Shown piece after piece: positions 1-8,736 of a stretch of DNA of 12,811 nucleotides. A program made the translations under genes and the position numbers. Source of the DNA: Candidatus Omnitrophota bacterium (GTDB lineage: Bacteria; Ratteibacteria; UBA8468; MWAK01). Position 1 is the stretch's first letter; each line of letters opens with the position of its first letter. Location of the stretch: positions 1 to 12,811 of the forward strand of contig JAZDPL010000004.1 of the NCBI GenBank assembly GCA_043797665.1, read 5' to 3'. The notes beneath the pieces are model-generated. The model saw nothing but the letters and a program-made list of their open reading frames with translations. It was not told the origin of the DNA and ran no database searches.

Positions 1-131
1 GATGCCTTGCCTAACTTGGAGAGAATCAGCGTGATGGCACTGGTCAGGGTCGTTTTCCCGTGGTCGACGTGTCCGATGGTACCAACGTTAACGTGCGGTT
101 TTCCCCCGCGATCAAATTTTTCCTTTGCCAT
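1..131 (-). CDS. tuf: Elongation factor Tu, 5' part (runs off the left edge of the window)
   Basis: Manual translation from ATG at 131 gives [43 protein letters not shown], the EF-Tu N-terminus with G1 motif GHVDHGKT. Strong SD upstream; follows fusA. Confidence 0.97.
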   Translation of the reverse strand, partial: MAKEKFDRGGKPHVNVGTIGHVDHGKTTLTSAITLILSKLGKA

Positions 132-135
132 AATA

Positions 136-143
136 TCCTCCCT
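136..143 (-). promoter_or_regulatory. Shine-Dalgarno site of tuf (AGGGAGGA)
   Basis: Minus strand reads AAGGGAGGATATT-ATG. Confidence 0.85.
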
Positions 144-163
144 TGAAAATCAGAATACGGGTC

Positions 164-188
164 CCCTATCCCTTGAAGTAGGATAGGG
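164..188 (-). other. Intergenic stem-loop between fusA and tuf
   Basis: Perfect 8-bp inverted repeat CCCTATCC (164-171) / GGATAGGG (181-188) with a 9-nt loop. No U-tract follows on the minus strand. Confidence 0.6.
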
Positions 189-217
189 CTACTAAAGAAT
201 TTTATTATATTTCCTGG

Positions 218-2281
218 TCAGATGTCAATTACGCCTTCTTTTTCTACCGGCTCATAATGGCTGGGTTCCATTACATAACTGGCTCTTCCCTGGGAAACGG
301 AACGTAAAGAAGTGGCGTAACCAAAAAGGTGTGCCAGAGGGGCGATGGCTCTAATCACTTTAAGATGCGCCCAGTCACGAACCTCTTCAATTCTGCCCCG
401 GCGGCTGGTAATGTCACCGATGACGTCGCCTAAAAATTCCTCCGGGGTGGTAATCTCTAATTTCATAATCGGTTCCAGGATAATAGGCGCCGCCTTTTCT
501 ACCGCTTCCCGGAAACCAATGGAGGCGGCTATTCTGAAAGCAATATCCGAGGAATCGACCGGATGGAAGGAACCATCAAAGAGCGTAACCTTAATGTCTA
601 TCACCGGAAAACCTTTCAAAACTCCGGTTTCTGCCGCTTCGCGGACACCCTTTTCTATCGCCTTGAAATACTCTTTCGGAACGCGGTCACCCCTAATTTC
701 TTCTTCAAAAACCAGGTTACTACCTCTGGGTAAAGGCTCGACACGCAAGAACACATCGCCATACTGCCCTTTCCCGCCACTCTGACGGATAAATCTTCCC
801 TCCGCCTCCACAGTCCGTGTAATCGTCTCCCGGTAGGCAACCTGGGGCTGGCTTACCCTGGCTTCCACTTTAAACTCCCGAATCATCCGGTCCTGAATAA
901 TTTCTAAGTGCAATTCACCCATACCGGAGATGATGGTCTGCCCGGTCTCGGAATCGACCCGTAATTTAAAGGTCGGGTCTTCCTCGGCAAGCCGGTGGAG
1001 TGCGGCGCTCAATTTATCGGAATCGGCCCGGGTCTTCGGTTCTATCGCAACCGAAACGACCGGCTCCGGAATCGTAATCCTTTCTAAAACAATCGGGTGT
1101 TTTTCGGTACAGAGGGTATCACCGGTCCGGGTTTTTTTCAAACCTATCACCGCGGCGATTTCACCCGCTTCCGTATATTTCAAGTCTTCGCCCTGTCCCG
1201 CGTGCATACGCAGGATACGGTTTATACGCTCCCGTTCCTGATTGGTGCTGTTATGGACCATCGCACCGGTTCTTAAAATTCCGGAATAAATACGCAAATA
1301 GGTAAGCCGCCCCACGTACGGGTCGGTGGCAATCTTGAAAGCCAGCGCACAAAAATGTTCTTTCGGCGAAGGAGGCCTCTCTTCTTCCTTTTTGTTTTCG
1401 GGATTAAACCCCTTAACCGGCAGCACGTCCAACGGCGAAGGAAGAAACCCGCAGATGGCATCAAGAAGTAACGTGATACCCGTATTCTGTACCGAGGCAC
1501 CGCAGAGGACCGGAAGTATCTTGCCGTTCAAAACTTCCTGCCGCAAAACTTTTAGAATCAGTTCCTCCGGAATCTTTTCTTCTTTCAGATAGAGGGACAT
1601 CAACTCCTCATCGTCCCCCGCCAACCTTTCTAATAACAATTTGCGGGCCTTCTCTGCTCCGGGAAGCAGAGACTCCGGAATCGGTTCGTTGACAATTTCC
1701 TGGTTCTTCTCGCCGCGGCAGATCACCGCCTCCATCCGGACAAGATCAATTATGCCGGTAAATCCTTCCCCTTCGCCGATCGGTATCTGAATGGGACAAG
1801 GGTCTGCACCCAGACGTTCTTTCATCATTTGCACCGCCTGAAAAAAGTCCGCCCCGACCCGGTCCATCTTATTAATGTAGGCAATCCGCGGCACCTTATA
1901 CCGGTTCGCCTGATGCCAGACCGTTTCGGACTGGGGCTCGACTCCCCCGACGGCACAAAATATTCCGACCGCACCGTCAAGTACTCTCAAGGAGCGTTCT
2001 ACCTCCATGGTGAAGTCTACGTGACCCGGGGTGTCAATAAGGTTAATCTGAAAATTTTTCCAGTCAAAGGTGATGGCGGCGGAAGTGATGGTGATACCCC
2101 TCTCCTTCTCCTGTTCCATCCAATCGGTGGTGGTCGTCCCGTCATCCACCTCGCCGATGCGGTATAGTTTACCGCAACTGTAGAGCATCCGCTCGGTGGT
2201 GGTGGTCTTGCCCGCATCGATGTGGGCAATGATACCGATATTCCGTAACCGGGAAAGGTCTAAGTGTTCTTCCTGATTCAT
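218..2281 (-). CDS. fusA: Elongation factor G
   Basis: 687 aa with RNIGIIAHIDAGKTTTTER (G1), ERGITI (G2), DTPGHVDF (G3), NKMD (G4), SGMGELHLE, and domain IV QSGGKGQYG and DGSFHPVDSS. Directly upstream of tuf. Confidence 0.98.
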   Translation of the reverse strand: MNQEEHLDLSRLRNIGIIAHIDAGKTTTTERMLYSCGKLYRIGEVDDGTTTTDWMEQEKERGITITSAAITFDWKNFQINLIDTPGHVDFTMEVERSLRVLDGAVGIFCAVGGVEPQSETVWHQANRYKVPRIAYINKMDRVGADFFQAVQMMKERLGADPCPIQIPIGEGEGFTGIIDLVRMEAVICRGEKNQEIVNEPIPESLLPGAEKARKLLLERLAGDDEELMSLYLKEEKIPEELILKVLRQEVLNGKILPVLCGASVQNTGITLLLDAICGFLPSPLDVLPVKGFNPENKKEEERPPSPKEHFCALAFKIATDPYVGRLTYLRIYSGILRTGAMVHNSTNQERERINRILRMHAGQGEDLKYTEAGEIAAVIGLKKTRTGDTLCTEKHPIVLERITIPEPVVSVAIEPKTRADSDKLSAALHRLAEEDPTFKLRVDSETGQTIISGMGELHLEIIQDRMIREFKVEARVSQPQVAYRETITRTVEAEGRFIRQSGGKGQYGDVFLRVEPLPRGSNLVFEEEIRGDRVPKEYFKAIEKGVREAAETGVLKGFPVIDIKVTLFDGSFHPVDSSDIAFRIAASIGFREAVEKAAPIILEPIMKLEITTPEEFLGDVIGDITSRRGRIEEVRDWAHLKVIRAIAPLAHLFGYATSLRSVSQGRASYVMEPSHYEPVEKEGVIDI

Positions 2282-3468
2282 AATTTAAAGATTTTAATGA
2301 GGGAGGGGATTACTTCGTAGAGGTCTCCCACCAGTCCGTAATTGGCAATCCTGAATATCGGTGCGGACGGGTCCTTATTGATAGCCACAATCACGTCCGA
2401 AGTACCCATTCCCGCCAGGTGCTGGATGGCACCGGAGATTCCGCAGGCGAAATAGATTTTGGGTTTAACCGTCTTTCCGGTCTGCCCGACCTGGTGGGCA
2501 TAGGAAATCCAGCCTGAATCAACCGCAGCGCGGCTGGAGCCCACCACTCCACCCAGAGCATCCGCTAATTTTTTAATCAAAGCAAACCCTTCCGGTTTAC
2601 CCAATCCCCGGCCGCCGGAAACTATGATATCCGCATCGGTCAGGTCAATCTCTTCCACACCGGGAACGATATCCAGTAATCTCAGTTTAGACAAAGTCTT
2701 AATCCCGGAAACCGGAACTTCAATCACCTGGCCGTTCTTTGAAGATACGCCTTCTTTTGCCTCATCAAAGGTACGGGGTCTGACCGTAGCCATCTGGGGA
2801 CGGTGCCGTTCGCAGAGGATGGTAGCCAGCAGATTTCCGCCAAAGGTCGGACGGGTCTGGGCCAGAAGTTTCGTCTCCGGGTCAATCGCCAATCCGGTAC
2901 AATCCGCAGTGAGTCCGGTGCGCAAACGTGCCGCCACCCGGGGAATAAAGGACCGGCCGATGTAGGTTGCCCCGGCAAGCAAAATTGCCGGTTTAAAACG
3001 GGTAATCAGATGGGCCAGGATGTCCGTATACAGGTCGTCCTGAAAATTAAGGAGGGTTTCGTCGGAAACAACGTAAACCTTTTCCGCTCCCCGGTTCAGG
3101 AGCGCTTCAACATTAGACGGACTGACCGGTCCGATATAAAAAGCGCCGAGGCTTTCGCCCAGATCAACCGCTAATTTTCTCCCTTCTCCCAACAGTTCGA
3201 AAGAGACCCGGGCCAACTGTCCGGCCCGCTGTTCGGCAAATATCCACAGGTCTTTGTATTGAGAAACATCGGTTGCCGGTGCTGCCGCAGGTTCCCGTTC
3301 CAGGACAATCGCTCCCAGCCGGCAAGCCTCCACGCAGGCACCGCAGTAGTTACAAAGGTCAAGGTCAACAGACGCTATTTTGTCGACCACCTTTATGGCG
3401 TCAAACGGGCATGACTCGACGCACAGGTTACACCCGGTACATTTTTCTGCGACAACGGTTATCTTCAT
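2278..3468 (-). CDS. etfA: Electron transfer flavoprotein alpha subunit with N-terminal 2x[4Fe-4S] ferredoxin domain (CarE/FixB-like)
   Basis: Ferredoxin motifs CTGCNLCVESCP and CNYCGACVEAC. ETF-alpha motifs GLTADCT, RPTFGGN, SGGRGLG, QVGQTGKTVKP, GISGAIQHLAGM, AINKDPSAPIF. Confidence 0.96.
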   Translation of the reverse strand: MKITVVAEKCTGCNLCVESCPFDAIKVVDKIASVDLDLCNYCGACVEACRLGAIVLEREPAAAPATDVSQYKDLWIFAEQRAGQLARVSFELLGEGRKLAVDLGESLGAFYIGPVSPSNVEALLNRGAEKVYVVSDETLLNFQDDLYTDILAHLITRFKPAILLAGATYIGRSFIPRVAARLRTGLTADCTGLAIDPETKLLAQTRPTFGGNLLATILCERHRPQMATVRPRTFDEAKEGVSSKNGQVIEVPVSGIKTLSKLRLLDIVPGVEEIDLTDADIIVSGGRGLGKPEGFALIKKLADALGGVVGSSRAAVDSGWISYAHQVGQTGKTVKPKIYFACGISGAIQHLAGMGTSDVIVAINKDPSAPIFRIANYGLVGDLYEVIPSLIKIFKL

Positions 3469-3478
3469 GTAAAAAGAT

Positions 3479-4267
3479 TTACAAAATGTTCTGCTTTTTC
3501 AGTTCCTCGTAGAGCCGCTGCGCGATTTCCGCCGGCTCACCCTCAAACATCATCCCTTCCTTGTGTACCTCCGGCGTCCAGACGCGCATCACCCGGGTCG
3601 GTGAACCATCCGCACCGAACCGGTTCGCTTCCCCTCCCAGCCCTTCTCTATTCAGAACCGTAATCTCCGCCTTCTTCGCCTTCAACATCCCTTTTAAGGA
3701 AGGGAGCCTCGGTTCGGCAATTTCCTTAATCACCGTGATTACCGCCGGCAAAGGACCTTCCAGTTCCTCATAGTGGTCTTCCATCATCCGGCGCACTTTC
3801 ATCCTTCCGTCCGCGATTTCTTTAATCTCACTGACGTACGAAAAAAAGGGCCAGCCTAAATTTTCGGAAATCTCCGGACCAACCTGACCCGTAGAGCCGT
3901 CCATCGCCTCCCGGCCGCAGACCACGATATCCACCGGCAATAATTTCCCGATAAGCACCGCCAGAGTATAAGAAGTAGCCAGCGTGTCACTGCCGGCAAA
4001 CTCCCGGTCGCTTAAAAGAAAAGCCTGGTCAAAACCCAGGCTCAGAGCCTCCCGCAAAGCGCTTTCTGCCTGGGGTGGTCCCATGGAACAGACGACAGCC
4101 TGACCGCCGTACTTCTCCTTTAGACGCAAAGCCGTCTCCATCGCATAGAAATCACTCGGATTGATAATGCCGGGTACGCCTTCCCGGACGATGCGGTTAG
4201 TCTCCGGGTCAATTTTGACCTCCATCGTATCCGGCACCTGTTTAATGCAAACTACTATCTTTTCCAT
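3479..4267 (-). CDS. etfB: Electron transfer flavoprotein beta subunit (FixA/CarD-like)
   Basis: KIVVCIKQVPD, SMGPPQA, SDREFAGSDTLATS, DGSTGQVGP, EPRLPSL, GSPTRV. Ends 10 nt upstream of etfA. Confidence 0.96.
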   Translation of the reverse strand: MEKIVVCIKQVPDTMEVKIDPETNRIVREGVPGIINPSDFYAMETALRLKEKYGGQAVVCSMGPPQAESALREALSLGFDQAFLLSDREFAGSDTLATSYTLAVLIGKLLPVDIVVCGREAMDGSTGQVGPEISENLGWPFFSYVSEIKEIADGRMKVRRMMEDHYEELEGPLPAVITVIKEIAEPRLPSLKGMLKAKKAEITVLNREGLGGEANRFGADGSPTRVMRVWTPEVHKEGMMFEGEPAEIAQRLYEELKKQNIL

Positions 4268-4286
4268 AGAATGTGAAATTTTACCA

Positions 4287-7262
4287 TTAACCCTTAATTA
4301 CCGCAAGGGGAACCATCTGGCAGACCCGGCGGGAAAGACCGCTTCCTTCCACCACCTCCACCACCTGGTCAACGTCCTTATAAGCCTCCGGGACCTCTTC
4401 CGCTAAACCGCGCAAAGAAGGTGCGCGCGCCAATATTCCGAGGGAAGCCATCTCTGCTACTGCCGAACGTCCCTGCATCTTCTTGACCGCCTCGTGCCGG
4501 GAAAGGTTCCGGCCCGCACCGTGGCAGGTAGACCCCCAGGTTTCGGAAAGCGCCTTTTCCGTACCGACCAGAACGTAAGAAGAAGTCCCCATCGTACCGG
4601 GAATCAGGACCGGCTGGCCCACCGACGCATAGATATCCGGAACTCCCGGAACGTTGGCGGGAAAAGCGCGGGTAGCGCCTTTCCGGTGGACCAGTACCTT
4701 CATCCTCTTTCCTTCAAACTGATGTTCTTCCATCTTGGCGATGTTGTGCGCCACGTCATAAACCGTGGCCAGGCCCAATTCTTCTGCGCTCTTTCCCAAC
4801 AACTTACCGAACGTCTCGTTAATCCAATAAGCGATAACCTGCCGGTTCGCCCAGGCAAAATTCGCTGCCGAAGCCATCGCGCCTAAATAACCCTGGCCTT
4901 CACCGGAAGAAATCGGTGCGCAGACCAACTGCCTGTCCGGCGGAAAGACGCCGTATTTCTGACTCACCTTGCTGAAAAGTGACAGATAGTCATCCGCTAC
5001 CTGATAACCCAGGCCCCGACTTCCGGTATGAACCATCACCGTAATCTGACCGGGAGAAAGACCGAAAACCCCGGCAATCTCCGGGTCAAAAATTCTCTTC
5101 ACTTCCTGAATCTCCACAAAATGGTTCCCGCTGCCCAAAGTCCCCAACTGGTCCGAACCCCGTTCGTAAGCCCGGCTGCTTAATTTATCCGGGTTGGCTA
5201 AACCGTAGCGTCCCGTCTCTTCAATCACCGCAAGGTCGGATTCTTTTCCGTAACCGGCTTTGACCGCCCAGACCGCTCCGGTCTCCAGAACTTCGGACAG
5301 TTGAGTCCGGGAGAGTTTCAGACGGCCGGTTCCGCCCACTCCGCAGGGAATAGCTCGATAGAGTCCGTCAACCAATTCCTTCAATTTTCCGGTAATTTCC
5401 TCTTTACGCAGATTCGTACGCAAAAGCCTCACGCCGCAGTTGGAAACAACAAAATTATTGGCTATAAAGTTATGGTCGTGGTGACAGACCGTAAAATCAT
5501 AGACATAATCGTCAAAATCAATCTTTTCAATGGCTGAGAGCCTATCCCAGGCCATACCCGAAAGTCCCAACCCCGAAGTTCTTGATTTCACGAAGTCACC
5601 GAATTTTTCAAAATTGAACGCAATCCGGGGGGGAGTCTCTCTGTTTTCATAAATTGTTCTTTCAATAAATCGTAAATTAACGGATTTTTTCTCCGCCGGC
5701 GAAAGCCCGGCATAGATTTTCCTGGCGCTCAAACCTTTTCCCTTTAAGGAAAGAATACGGGTGGCGATTCTCTCCCTTTCGCTGACCGCCTTCTTTTTTT
5801 CCGTCAGGTATAAGATGGCAGCGTTTGCCAGAAAACTTCTCTGCCGGTTGTATTCAAACCCGACTTTGCTGTAAAGATTAATCAGGTTTTCCGGTTCACT
5901 GGAAACAAGCAATCTTAATCGGCAAGATTTTCTTCGGCTCTTCCCCACGTACTCAATCCGGTGAGAAATTTTTCTGGTTGCTACGCCAAATTCTTTTAAT
6001 AATCCGCTGACCCCTTTGAGAAATTTTTTGCCGTTTTCTACGTAACCTTCCCTTTTATTCATGGAAATCGCCGGCCCGTAAAAATTATATCCGTGTCCGG
6101 TTACAGTCTTGGGTTTTGACATTTCGGCACCGAAGAAGGCCGCCAGAAAAAGCCTTTTTTGCCAAAGGGTACATCCAAAAATCCAGGAGGGAACGGCATA
6201 ATTGATAAACGTTTTATTTCCTATCGGAACTCCGAGCAAAGAGAAGAACACCGCCAAACTGGTTGACCCAAGAACATAACTATTCTCAACCCTTTGAAAC
6301 TTATATGTTTTGTAATGGGTGACAATCTCATGATTTCTTACCCTCTGATATATTCGGGAAGATTTGTATCCTAAGCTGATAAGGTCTTCTTTGATTTTTT
6401 TCAGGTCTTCTTCACCGCCATAAAAAGAAATAACTCCCTTATCACCCTGTGATTCAAAATGTACGTTGCCGTCCCCAAAAATGTAACCCATCAATTTCAA
6501 AAGAATGGGAAGCGCTGAAGAACTATATTTCAACGGAAGCAAATTTTTTTCTTTCAGACGGTTGATTATCTGTACGGCGGCATTACCACCCGTTTTACCC
6601 ATCTCTTCCAGTTTCCGCCTGACCATCTCTTCGTTCAGGATGATTTCTGACGAAGGACGTTCGTAAGACACCCCCCGGAAGGGATATACGGCCAGTTCAT
6701 CATTTAGATTCAACCGGTTAAACGGTTTCATCCCGTCCCTTGTATAAAATGGATGGTCACCAGTGGCGATTATATTGAATCCGGAATCGGTCTTCAATCT
6801 GTACACGTTTTCCCGGGGTTTGGACTTCAGAAATCTTCTTATACCGGTATCATTGGGAACGTGGTCGTTTAAATTAATGCAGGTCAATTTCTCTTCCGGC
6901 CAAACCTTTTCGTAATCGCTGATTTTTAATGTATATCCAAATTCGCTGAGAATCTGCGTATCACCGGAAATGCAGTTGATGTCGTATCCCACGATGCCGG
7001 GAACCGCTACACCCTCTTTTAAGTCAAAGGCGGCTACCCCGCCGATCGGTGCACCGTACCCCCAGTGGATGTCCGGCATCGCCAGCGAATACCGTAAAAT
7101 CCCCGGCAGGTGCGCCACGTTGGCAACCTGTTCCGGTGCCCGGTCCGCAGTAACCTTGGCAAGCATTGCCTCGGAAGAATAAATTATTCCGGGCACCCGC
7201 ATCCCGCCGGTCCGCGGCAGCAGAAACCGGAACTGGTCAATCTTCTCTAACTTGTAATCCAT
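4287..7262 (-). CDS. rtcB: RtcB family RNA ligase (long, archaeal-like type), intein-containing precursor; 479 aa after splicing
   Basis: AMPDIHWGYG, VGYDIN|CGVR (split by the intein), LGTLGSGNHF, VHTGSRG, YDVAHNIAK, HRKGATRA, PGTMG, TCHGAGR, EEVPEAYKD and C-terminal KG. Confidence 0.97.
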   Translation of the reverse strand: MDYKLEKIDQFRFLLPRTGGMRVPGIIYSSEAMLAKVTADRAPEQVANVAHLPGILRYSLAMPDIHWGYGAPIGGVAAFDLKEGVAVPGIVGYDINCISGDTQILSEFGYTLKISDYEKVWPEEKLTCINLNDHVPNDTGIRRFLKSKPRENVYRLKTDSGFNIIATGDHPFYTRDGMKPFNRLNLNDELAVYPFRGVSYERPSSEIILNEEMVRRKLEEMGKTGGNAAVQIINRLKEKNLLPLKYSSSALPILLKLMGYIFGDGNVHFESQGDKGVISFYGGEEDLKKIKEDLISLGYKSSRIYQRVRNHEIVTHYKTYKFQRVENSYVLGSTSLAVFFSLLGVPIGNKTFINYAVPSWIFGCTLWQKRLFLAAFFGAEMSKPKTVTGHGYNFYGPAISMNKREGYVENGKKFLKGVSGLLKEFGVATRKISHRIEYVGKSRRKSCRLRLLVSSEPENLINLYSKVGFEYNRQRSFLANAAILYLTEKKKAVSERERIATRILSLKGKGLSARKIYAGLSPAEKKSVNLRFIERTIYENRETPPRIAFNFEKFGDFVKSRTSGLGLSGMAWDRLSAIEKIDFDDYVYDFTVCHHDHNFIANNFVVSNCGVRLLRTNLRKEEITGKLKELVDGLYRAIPCGVGGTGRLKLSRTQLSEVLETGAVWAVKAGYGKESDLAVIEETGRYGLANPDKLSSRAYERGSDQLGTLGSGNHFVEIQEVKRIFDPEIAGVFGLSPGQITVMVHTGSRGLGYQVADDYLSLFSKVSQKYGVFPPDRQLVCAPISSGEGQGYLGAMASAANFAWANRQVIAYWINETFGKLLGKSAEELGLATVYDVAHNIAKMEEHQFEGKRMKVLVHRKGATRAFPANVPGVPDIYASVGQPVLIPGTMGTSSYVLVGTEKALSETWGSTCHGAGRNLSRHEAVKKMQGRSAVAEMASLGILARAPSLRGLAEEVPEAYKDVDQVVEVVEGSGLSRRVCQMVPLAVIKG
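5439..6974 (-). mobile_element. Intein (512 aa, precursor residues 97-608) with LAGLIDADG homing endonuclease
   Basis: Block A CISGDT follows GYDIN. Block B ATGDHPF. LAGLIDADG-like LMGYIFGDG (6468-6494) and FLAAFFGAEM (6120-6149). Blocks F/G VYDFTV..HNFIANNFVVSN followed by +1 Cys. Removal restores GYDINCGVR. The DNA looks more AT-rich than the exteins. Confidence 0.96.
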
Positions 7263-7274
7263 AATTTTACGCTT

Positions 7275-7290
7275 CGGACTGTGTCCGCCG
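7275..7290. repeat. Short palindromic repeat copy CGGACTGTGTCCGCCG at the left boundary of the AT-rich cassette
   Basis: Matches CGGACCTGTCCGCCG at 12512-12526. GTGTCCGCCG (7281-7290) is identical to 12529-12538. Confidence 0.6.
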
Positions 7291-7353
7291 GAATTCGGTA
7301 ATGGAAATTTCGTAATAGCAAAGGTGTCACGCCGCCTTTTGATTTATAGATTA

Positions 7354-8736
7354 CTAAACATGAGCGATAAAATCCAGAACCATGAAAGCACGGATCAAAT
7401 AATCTTTTCTACCGTATTTTACACTTTCGCCATGAATAATCTTGTGTCGGTTAAAATTGAATGGTGTTGCAAGCGGCTTACCTTTTTGTGATTTTTGAAA
7501 AAGAATGTTCAAAAATATATAGTTTGCAATATCATCAAGTGGACCCGACAAAATTTCAGGCTTAGCATTTTTAAATCGAGTTTTCCTACCAATTTTCACA
7601 ACCTTGCCTGTTTTGCTATTAACCCCATCGTCATAAGAACAATCCCACGGAATACCTTTTGAATATAGATAATCGGTCAATGCTCCGTCAATCTGCGTAA
7701 TCAAGGTGGGCAAAATAACATTCGCCTTATTTAGTCCCTTTTTGCTTGCTATTTTTACTATTTTCACGCAATCCGCGAGGATTTTATATCGTTTTTTGAA
7801 CAAAAGTTTATTTTCCCAATCATTAACCATGATTTCCAAGTTGCGCCAATTTTTTGCTTCAAAATATTTAATAAATAATTTATTGACCGCTTTATCTTGT
7901 CTGCCCTGCTTCTTATCCAGATTCACCACCTCAAAAATGAAAGGCATTGGAAAGCTCGGCGTAATAAACCATTTATATTTTTGCAAAACTCTAACCGCTT
8001 TTTGTTCGGCTATATTGTATTTTTGCTGAAACCCTATCCAATGGTTTGAAAAGTTATCAAATATTTTTCTGTTTTGTTCCGTCCATTTTTGCCAAAAATC
8101 AATTTGCGGGCGTAACGATTCTGTAATAATTTTTGCTGTGGCTTGGTATTGTTCAATTACAGGTTTAATGGATTCAGCAAAACGGCGTTGCGTGTCACTG
8201 ATCTGTTTAGCGACACCTGCAAGCCCTTGCAATGAGTCTCGAATGTATGATGTGCCACCAATTGCTTGCTGAATTACAGAAGCGTAGTTTTTATTGAAAG
8301 CATTTAGTGTTTCTTGTGCCCATTTAACAATCGGCTCAAAAGTTTTCCTCAATTCTTCGATGTTCTTTTCGTAACCAATCTCAAGTGCTTTCTTGAAATC
8401 TTTGAAAAAGTCCCCAGCATTTTGAAAATACTTAAACTCGTATTTTTCATTTTCAACAAAAACTTCTGCTAATTTCTTCAGTTCATCATCTGAAATTTTT
8501 TGAAAGTCCGCAAAACCAATTTGGGGATTAACTAATTGCTGGAATAAAACCTCCGCAACAAAATCTCTGTCGGATAATTGCTTTTGCAGTAGCCTGGTAA
8601 ATTCTATCGTATCACCACACGAAATATACTTTAGCTCTATATCACCTAAAGACTCCACCCGTGTTTTTGTATTGCTCGAGGTCAGTACAACGGTTTTATT
8701 GTTCGATTGTTGCAATTTCTTCATTTGTGAGGCCAT
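7354..8736 (-). CDS. Hypothetical protein: helical/coiled-coil middle region and C-terminal putative HEPN-like domain (NRHKIIHG, Rx4H)
   Basis: 460-aa ORF in AT-rich DNA, co-oriented with and overlapping the RM gene end (alternative start ATG 8724). Rx4H motif at 7429-7452. Ends in a double stop TAG TAA. Confidence 0.8.
   Translation of the reverse strand: MASQMKKLQQSNNKTVVLTSSNTKTRVESLGDIELKYISCGDTIEFTRLLQKQLSDRDFVAEVLFQQLVNPQIGFADFQKISDDELKKLAEVFVENEKYEFKYFQNAGDFFKDFKKALEIGYEKNIEELRKTFEPIVKWAQETLNAFNKNYASVIQQAIGGTSYIRDSLQGLAGVAKQISDTQRRFAESIKPVIEQYQATAKIITESLRPQIDFWQKWTEQNRKIFDNFSNHWIGFQQKYNIAEQKAVRVLQKYKWFITPSFPMPFIFEVVNLDKKQGRQDKAVNKLFIKYFEAKNWRNLEIMVNDWENKLLFKKRYKILADCVKIVKIASKKGLNKANVILPTLITQIDGALTDYLYSKGIPWDCSYDDGVNSKTGKVVKIGRKTRFKNAKPEILSGPLDDIANYIFLNILFQKSQKGKPLATPFNFNRHKIIHGESVKYGRKDYLIRAFMVLDFIAHV

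Noticed and set aside
164..188. Rho-independent terminator after fusA
   Set aside because: No U-tract follows the stem on the coding strand, and tuf follows immediately. Kept only as a stem-loop.
5436..6978. GCAGTTG repeated at both intein junctions as a target-site duplication
   Set aside because: Explained by the Asn-Cys codons (AAC TGC) required at both splice junctions. Inteins spread by homing without a duplication.
7263..7353. Classical att site (duplicated tRNA 3' end) at the left cassette border
   Set aside because: No copy of GGCGGAGGGTGAGGGATTCGAAC or a substantial part of it is present. Only the REP-like motif matches.
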